Assembly: GCA_023432985.1 (NCBI GenBank)
Contig: JAEZEQ010000040.1
Coordinates: 9,190-73,189, forward strand
Source: Bacteroidota bacterium
Lineage (GTDB): Bacteria > Bacteroidota > Bacteroidia > CAIKAF01
Direction: 5' to 3'
Length of the DNA: 64,000 nt
The translations under genes were made by a program, and so were the position numbers. Positions 58,648 to 64,000 of the stretch are shown here, in pieces; positions within the stretch are counted from its first letter, which is position 1; every line of letters begins with the position of its first letter. The notes below the pieces were generated by a model. The model worked only from the letters and a program-made list of their open reading frames with translations, was not told where the DNA came from and did not search any database.

Positions 58648-60489
58648 TTAATTAAGCTTATCTCCCCTCAAAATTCTATATCGTTTGCGTGCTTCGGCAA
58701 CAAAAATACTGTCTTTATGTTCGAGCATTATTTTCTCATAAAGTTGCATGGCTCTTTCGGTATTATTGAGTTGAAACTGAAAAATATCGGCGGCCATATA
58801 CAAGGCATCATCTACCAAAACCTCGGTCGGAAAAGCCGTCCAAACTTTTTCCAATGCATCCGCAGCCTCCTTATATAGTCCGATCTTGCTGTATATCTGT
58901 GCTTTTCTGAACAAAACCTCGTCGCCTATATGGTGGTCGGGATAAAAATATATGAGCGAATCGAGCAATTGTATTGCCCGATTGTGTTGATTTTGGTAGA
59001 AGGCCAAATCGGCTTTAGAAAAAAACTGTAAAGGGGCCCTTATACTGTCCCTGCCCAAATTATCGGTAATTAGGTGCGAAAGCCACATGGCGTCATTCGA
59101 AAACAATTTAGACGTACTGGCTTTCAATACCTTCATTTGTTCATGAGCAAATTCAAACTCCTCTCTAAAATAGGCAAGGCGTGCCGATCTGAACTTGGCT
59201 TCCTGACCGGGCAAATCATTTTTAAACTCCTTTTCTACCTGACCATACAAGAGGGTCGGTTCCCACATATCACCCGTGAAGAGCATGATATCGGCCAGTT
59301 TCAATTTAGCCTCCGCCTTCTTTATGCGCGACACATTAGCCGAAGCCAAAATCTGATTCAACAGGCTTATTCCCGACTCCGGATCTTCCTCATAAAATGC
59401 CATTAAATCGGCATAGTCTACCATCAATAAAGCCGTATGATCGCCCAGTCCCATTTCGTCCAAAGTCTGTTGATACAATGCATGCAATTTAGATAAAGCT
59501 TCCTTATCCTCAGCATAACCTTTGTCGAGCTTTATACGCATGGTACGCACCAATTCGGTTTTTGCAGTCTGATAATAAATAGAACTGACTCCTTTATCAA
59601 CTATATATTCGAAACAAGAAACGGCCATGTCATAATCGCCATTTTCGCGGGAAATAACTCCCAGTTCGAACACTTCCCGGCCACCCCCTTTTTGCCTTTT
59701 ATCTATAGCTTTTGCCTGTATAAATGCTTGTTTGAATTGCATTTGTTGCATATATTGCCAGTAGAGCAATTCGTTGTACATGCTTTCACTCGGGTTATTC
59801 TGTGCTTCTTTCAAAACCGCTTTTTTCCACTCCACCTGAAAAGGCCCTTCCGGGTCATCTTCCAGATAAGTACTTAAGGTCGATTTAAGGGGACTAAGCA
59901 ATTGCATATCCGATTTTAGAGCCTGCAATAAGGTCTCTGAAACAAGGGCGTATTGCTTCAGGGTATAATATAAATCGGCTTTTTCGAAAGCATAGAAATG
60001 ACTCCCCCCTTGCTTTTCCCCTTTTTCGTATACCTGCAAGGCATAATCGGTTTTACCCATTTGCTGAAATGCCGACGCCGTTCTTTTTACCTGATCGGGA
60101 AAGAATGGCATATTTTTCAAGGCATCGTCGTATAATTTTTTTGCTTGGCGAGATTCGCCTTTTTTTTCTAACAAAGCCCCATATTCGATTTTATACCATA
60201 CCATTTCAGGGAATCGCTTAGCTTGTTTTTGCATGAGCGACTCGACCATATCATCCTTGCCCCAACTGCGATACACATCCAGCAACTTGCGATGATAGCG
60301 TTCGCTGTACTGATTTTTGCTATACAATTGCTCGTAAATAGCGGCGGCCTGACTATATTCTCCCTGATTCATATAAGCATCTGCAAGACGCTCATCCTGC
60401 GCAAAAACTCGAAAAGGAATGAAAAGCAAAAGAAATATAATACACCTCATATACGACATAATCATAAGTCGAATATACAGAGAAATCAA
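58648..60489 (-). CDS. tetratricopeptide (TPR) repeat protein, secreted
   Basis: Signal peptide (FAQDE). More than 10 TPR-like 34-residue units (AYMNQGEYSQAAAIYEQL..., W-LG-Y-A patterns) run along its length. Confidence 0.65.
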   Translation of the reverse strand: MISLYIRLMIMSYMRCIIFLLLFIPFRVFAQDERLADAYMNQGEYSQAAAIYEQLYSKNQYSERYHRKLLDVYRSWGKDDMVESLMQKQAKRFPEMVWYKIEYGALLEKKGESRQAKKLYDDALKNMPFFPDQVKRTASAFQQMGKTDYALQVYEKGEKQGGSHFYAFEKADLYYTLKQYALVSETLLQALKSDMQLLSPLKSTLSTYLEDDPEGPFQVEWKKAVLKEAQNNPSESMYNELLYWQYMQQMQFKQAFIQAKAIDKRQKGGGREVFELGVISRENGDYDMAVSCFEYIVDKGVSSIYYQTAKTELVRTMRIKLDKGYAEDKEALSKLHALYQQTLDEMGLGDHTALLMVDYADLMAFYEEDPESGISLLNQILASANVSRIKKAEAKLKLADIMLFTGDMWEPTLLYGQVEKEFKNDLPGQEAKFRSARLAYFREEFEFAHEQMKVLKASTSKLFSNDAMWLSHLITDNLGRDSIRAPLQFFSKADLAFYQNQHNRAIQLLDSLIYFYPDHHIGDEVLFRKAQIYSKIGLYKEAADALEKVWTAFPTEVLVDDALYMAADIFQFQLNNTERAMQLYEKIMLEHKDSIFVAEARKRYRILRGDKLN

Positions 60490-60631
60490 GAATTAATACG
60501 GACTAAAAGACGTTAATTAATCGTTAGAGTCGGAATAATACCTAATCGTTAATAAATAAATCGCCGTAAATTTGTGCGATTATACTTGCATGTGCATATA
60601 ATCTATTATTTTGTGACACGAATATTTCGTT

Positions 60632-62347
60632 TTGGGGGTTAAAATGAATAGAATTTTAAATTTCATATTTGGAGTTTGTCTGCTGGTCGGACTAAACGGG
60701 GTTTTCTATGCACAATCTTCGCACAATTTGGTTGAGACAATCAGTCTGTCCGGACTGGTGAAAACAGAAAGCGGTGTCGCTAGTCAGACCAAGATTGAAT
60801 TGTACCAAAACGGGAAAAAATTAAGAACCGTTTATCCGAATCCATCCGGTCGTTACGAATTGGAATTGAATTATCAGTCGGATTATGAACTGGTATATAC
60901 TTCTGAAGGGAATGTATCCAAACGCATGCTGGTAAACACCGAAACCAGCGGAGACGACGATGAATACGATATTCCTACGCTGAATTTCAACATAGAATTA
61001 CCCAAAGCAACAGGGGGACCTATTGACGAGGCATATGCACAACCGGTAAGCCGGCTTTTTATAAACGAGGAATTGGAAACCTTTGACCGCGATGCCAAAG
61101 TGGAACAACAATTTAAGAACACATTAAAACAAAAAACGGGCGAACAAAAAAAATGGATCCAGGAGCAAAAAGCCCTGGAGGAACAAAAGAAAAGAGAGGC
61201 TGAGGAGCTGCGTAAAGCGGAAGAATTGGCGCGCAGAAAGGCGTTGGAAGATGCAAGAGCGGCCGAATTGCAAAAGCAAAAAGCAGAAGCGGAACGTTTG
61301 AAACAGGAAGAAGAAGCAGCAAGAAAAGCGAAAGAGGAAGCATTAAAGGCCGAAGAAGAGCGCAAGAAACGGGAAATGGAGGAACAAGACCGTTTGGCAA
61401 AAGAAGCCTATGCCCAAAAACAAGCACAAGAAGCAGCTAAGAAACAAGCACTGGAAGAAAAAGCAAAAGCCGAATTAGCCCTTGCCGAAGAACGTAGAAA
61501 AGCCGAAGAAGCAAGAAAGGAAGAAGAGAAACGAAAGGCGATGAGTGAAGCTGAAGCCTTGAAAAACGCCCGCCTGCAAGCCGAAGCCGAAGCAAAACGT
61601 AAAGCCGAACTCGAAAGAGAGCAAATCGAAGCAAATCGGCTGAAAAAGGAACAGGATGCGAAGGAAGCTCAAGCCATTGCCGAAAGGGAAGCAGCCGAAA
61701 AAGAGGCAGAAAGATTACGCAAATTAAAAGAATTGCAAGAAATCGAAGAAGCCGAAAGAAAGGCCAAATTGCAAGCCGAACAAGAAGCCCTTTCTACCAA
61801 GAAAGCATACGAAATTAAGGCCGATGAAGAAATGGCCCTTTTCTTCAAGAGAATTATCGAAAGAGGTCAACGCAATCAAAGTCAAATCCTACAAAAAGCG
61901 CAACAAAAAGAGGCGGAAGAAAACAGCAAATTGCAAAAAAGAACAACCCAATACCTCGACGAAAAAAAGAAAATGGAGGAACTCGCCGAAAGAAAACAAG
62001 CCATGGTATTGCGGCAACAGAAAATTGCGACTGAGGATATGTCCTATAAAAAAGCAAATGAAATCAGACAAGGCAAACAAGATAAATTTGCAAAAGAATT
62101 AGCCGAAAGGGAAGCCAAAAGACAAGCCTTCCTGGCCGAGAAAAATCGCAAGGAAGAAGAAGCCGAAAAACAAAGAGCAGCCTTACTGGCCGAAGCCATG
62201 AAAAAGGGAAATAAACCCATACTCACCGTCTTTTCTTTTTATGACGGCAAATATTACGGCACGGTAAATTATAACGACGGCAAAGGAAATATTCCGATTA
62301 CGGAATCGGAATTCAAACAAATTCAATCTCAAATGGAAAATAAATAA
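60632..62347 (+). CDS. secreted protein: N-terminal carboxypeptidase-regulatory-like beta-sandwich, ~400-aa ER/K-rich single-alpha-helix (SAH) spacer, small C-terminal domain
   Basis: Signal peptide. GLVKTESGVASQTKIELYQNGKKLRTVYPNPSGRYELEL is a CarbopepD_reg-like fold. Residues 190-520 are almost purely E/K/R/A/Q with i,i+4 E-K spacing (EEARKAEELARRKALEDARAAELQKQKAEAERLKQEEEAARKAKEE...). A C-terminal module of about 45 aa follows. The multiple antisense ORFs in the track over this region are composition artefacts. Confidence 0.6.
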   Translation: MGVKMNRILNFIFGVCLLVGLNGVFYAQSSHNLVETISLSGLVKTESGVASQTKIELYQNGKKLRTVYPNPSGRYELELNYQSDYELVYTSEGNVSKRMLVNTETSGDDDEYDIPTLNFNIELPKATGGPIDEAYAQPVSRLFINEELETFDRDAKVEQQFKNTLKQKTGEQKKWIQEQKALEEQKKREAEELRKAEELARRKALEDARAAELQKQKAEAERLKQEEEAARKAKEEALKAEEERKKREMEEQDRLAKEAYAQKQAQEAAKKQALEEKAKAELALAEERRKAEEARKEEEKRKAMSEAEALKNARLQAEAEAKRKAELEREQIEANRLKKEQDAKEAQAIAEREAAEKEAERLRKLKELQEIEEAERKAKLQAEQEALSTKKAYEIKADEEMALFFKRIIERGQRNQSQILQKAQQKEAEENSKLQKRTTQYLDEKKKMEELAERKQAMVLRQQKIATEDMSYKKANEIRQGKQDKFAKELAEREAKRQAFLAEKNRKEEEAEKQRAALLAEAMKKGNKPILTVFSFYDGKYYGTVNYNDGKGNIPITESEFKQIQSQMENK

Positions 62348-62358
62348 TTGACGCAGCA

Positions 62359-62763
62359 ATGAATATAGACGAATTAAGGCCCGAAATGAAAGGAATTATT
62401 GTAGCCGCCATTATCGATACAGGCGATGTAAACCCGGGCGATTGGAATGTGTATCTGGCCAATAGCAATAATTTGCCTATAGAAAATGTAATGATTACCT
62501 CAAGAGGCTATGGCATACTCAATGATGAATCTCGAGAAACATCGACCATACGCTGGTTTTTCGAGAAAATAGAACCCCATACTTTTGTGATGATTGAACC
62601 CATTATGGAAGAGGTTTTCGGGCTTACCAACGAGTATTATGTCAGCTTTTATATGGACGGAATCATGTATGATAAAAAATATCTTTTTCTTCCCGAAAGC
62701 ATAGATCAAAAATACCTCACTTTGGTACCCGTAATTCAGGAAAAAGGCGTTATGCTCACCTGA
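62359..62763 (+). CDS. hypothetical protein (134 aa), co-transcribed with the SAH protein
   Basis: Starts 11 nt after the stop of the 60632..62347 gene. No signal peptide and no recognisable motif. Confidence 0.4.
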   Translation: MNIDELRPEMKGIIVAAIIDTGDVNPGDWNVYLANSNNLPIENVMITSRGYGILNDESRETSTIRWFFEKIEPHTFVMIEPIMEEVFGLTNEYYVSFYMDGIMYDKKYLFLPESIDQKYLTLVPVIQEKGVMLT

Positions 62764-63034
62764 TTTACACCCAAGTTTCGCCTTAATTTTGTTTTTGATG
62801 TATGTTTTTTAGGGCGCGGGAATTGCCCCTTTTCAATCCGCCATCCAACCGGCTAGCTTTGGGATGTACGCAGGCCTTTTCATGCACTATGGTCAAATCT
62901 TTTTCCCATTTCTCTCCCTCAATTTTGCCCGGCCTGCTAGCACCACGGCAGCTATCCGGCGCGCATTTTCGGGCCTCTTTGCTTTAATCCGCCCCAGGCC
63001 ATATTTTCCCATTGAGCATACTGTAAAACTGAGT

Positions 63035-63062
63035 AAAAAAAAGGGTCAAACCATGTTGACCC
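63035..63062 (-). terminator. rho-independent terminator of the OmpA-family gene
   Basis: On the minus strand: stem GGGTCAA / TTGACCC with a 6-nt loop, then UUUUUUUU (the A-run at 63035-63042 on the plus strand). It lies 18 nt downstream of the stop at 63080-63082. Confidence 0.6.
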
Positions 63063-63079
63063 TATAATTTTATTCGAAT

Positions 63080-64000
63080 TTATTCTTCCTCATCTTCCTC
63101 TGTATCTGTCGGCGCAGTGGGGTCTACCAGCTTAAACTCTACCCTTCTGTTCAAAGCGCGACCTTCGGCATTATCCGAACCATCCACATTTTTATTGGCA
63201 TAGGCGGGCTTACTGAAACTGTAATAGGTATATTTAATGCGATTGGCTTTTATGCCGGCATGGATTAACCAATCATAAGCCGCACGGGCACGATTCAAGG
63301 ATAATACCTTATTGTATTCATAGGTACCTAAAATATCGGTATGCCCACTCAACTCAACATGGGTTTCGGGGAAACGAGTCATTAATTGTTTCAAGGATTC
63401 CAATTCCTGAACGGATTCACTTTTCAAAGCATAACTGTCGAAATCGAAATAAATATTTTTAATGGCCATCAATTTACCATCCGATCTAGATACATAAAAA
63501 TCTTTCACAAACTCACTTGCTCCTTGAGCCACATTTATCTTCACGCGCTCTTCCAATATATTGTAGCCTTCGGCTTCTACCTTCACAAAATACACCTCAT
63601 TATTATTCAATTTTGTGACATATCCTGTTTCTGTTTCAGCCTTCAAATCGGCCAGTTTATCCTTATTTTCTTTATAGATGCTAATGGAAGCTGGAACACT
63701 TTGATTGCTGCGAGAATCAAATACCTTACCTTTCATGGTAAATACTCCGCTGCTTACTTGTTTGAATAGGGAAATATCTTTATTAATCACACCATACTCT
63801 ATAAGCGATTCATTGGTCGACAACATGTCGTCGTTACTTATAAATCCTTTCGATTCCGATAAAACAGAATAAGCTTGTCCGCGTGTCAGCGGAATGGAGA
63901 AACTCCCATCTTCATTCACCGTAAAACTGCGGGTTTCTTTGGTCATAATTTCAGATAGGGTAATCTTTCCGGCTATAGGTGTTTGTCCGTTCCCGTCGAG
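63080..64000 (-). CDS. OmpA-family protein (CarbopepD_reg-like beta-sandwich plus C-terminal OmpA peptidoglycan-binding domain); N-terminus lies beyond the window end
   Basis: C-terminal OmpA motifs (LSGHTDILGTYEYNKVLSLNRARAAYDWL...NRRVEFKLV) and an acidic tail (TEEDEEE). The frame stays open upstream of the first Met at 63946 up to the window end (LDGNGQTPIAGKITLSEIMTKE). No signal peptide is visible after Met 63946, so the gene is probably 5'-truncated by the window. Confidence 0.7.
   Translation of the reverse strand, partial: LDGNGQTPIAGKITLSEIMTKETRSFTVNEDGSFSIPLTRGQAYSVLSESKGFISNDDMLSTNESLIEYGVINKDISLFKQVSSGVFTMKGKVFDSRSNQSVPASISIYKENKDKLADLKAETETGYVTKLNNNEVYFVKVEAEGYNILEERVKINVAQGASEFVKDFYVSRSDGKLMAIKNIYFDFDSYALKSESVQELESLKQLMTRFPETHVELSGHTDILGTYEYNKVLSLNRARAAYDWLIHAGIKANRIKYTYYSFSKPAYANKNVDGSDNAEGRALNRRVEFKLVDPTAPTDTEEDEEE

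Noticed and set aside
60883-62226. Cluster of minus-strand ORFs (60883..61365, 61113..61427, 61437..61634, 61475..61672, 61854..62057, 61889..62080, 62044..62226) and the plus-strand 61824..62102 ORF
   Set aside because: All lie inside or antisense to the ER/K-rich gene 60632..62347. The GAA/AAG/GCN-repeat codon composition yields open frames in every register. Their translations are low-complexity Ser/Leu/Phe or Lys/Arg strings with no start context, so they are artefacts.
62780-63030. Possible RNase P RNA, tmRNA, SRP RNA or 6S RNA in the GC-rich intergenic region
   Set aside because: None of the universally conserved motifs is present on either strand. I looked for RNase P P4 GGAAAGUCCGGGCUCC and ACAGAAACCCGGCUUA, the tmRNA 5' GGGGCUGAUUCUGGAUUCGACGGG and 3' tRNA-like end, and the SRP domain IV AGGUCCGGAAGGAAGCAGC. 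The region is kept only as an unclassified sRNA candidate.
1-64000. CRISPR arrays, transposases/IS elements, integrases, restriction-modification or other defence genes
   Set aside because: There are no regularly spaced direct repeats of 25-40 bp. No ORF shows DDE or tyrosine/serine recombinase motifs, methyltransferase or restriction motifs, reverse transcriptase or other recognisable defence signatures. The window reads as core chromosome.

Overview
This is a 64-kb chromosomal segment, mostly housekeeping genes, from a Bacteroidota-type genome. The assignment rests on the fused lpxC-fabZ gene with lpxA directly downstream, a T9SS type-B C-terminal sorting domain, ArnT-like GT39 genes, TAnnTTTG-like -7 motifs, and many TAATG/ATGA-coupled gene junctions. 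Overall GC is about 42%. I call about 55 protein-coding genes; two are truncated by the window edges, at 1..1047(-) and 63080..64000(-). I found no rRNA, tRNA, CRISPR array, transposase, integrase or obvious defence island.

Recognisable genes include:
- Replication and repair: uvrD/pcrA-type helicase, dnaB.
- tRNA modification and queuosine: truB, miaB, tilS, queE, and a YhhQ-type queuosine-precursor transporter.
- Lipid A and fatty-acid synthesis: lpxC-fabZ, lpxA, fabI.
- Other biosynthesis: type Iβ DAHP synthase, dapA, ribF, a pabB-like gene, rdgB.
- Envelope and motility: an LptF/G-family permease, an LptE-like lipoprotein next to a sensor-less sigma-54 activator, a PpiD-like chaperone, several OmpA-family proteins, a TonB-dependent receptor, and two ABC systems.

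The one confident non-coding element is a compact TPP riboswitch on the minus strand at about 52190..52270. Its expression platform sequesters the ribosome-binding site of the downstream TonB-dependent receptor, which predicts a thiamine or thiamine-precursor outer-membrane importer.

The less-characterised biology worth following up is:
- A secreted protein with a ~400-aa ER/K single-alpha-helix 'ruler' and its 134-aa partner (60632..62763).
- A MacB-type ABC system split by a beta-propeller lipoprotein, directly downstream of lpxC/fabZ-lpxA (28990..32010).
- An operon of DAHP synthase, an Rpe-like/CBS fusion and a tandem universal stress protein (7651..10511).
- A membrane lipid-modification-like cluster (23310..28293).
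- A 52-aa Cys-rich lipoprotein translationally coupled between fabI and a metallophosphoesterase (38445..38654).
- A 10-bp-phased TGCAAGA array (1963..2039).
- Two GC-rich non-coding stretches, 7393..7650 and 62764..63034, which may be small RNAs.

None of these can be called a new system from sequence alone. Every product assignment is from motif recognition by eye, with no database searches run.
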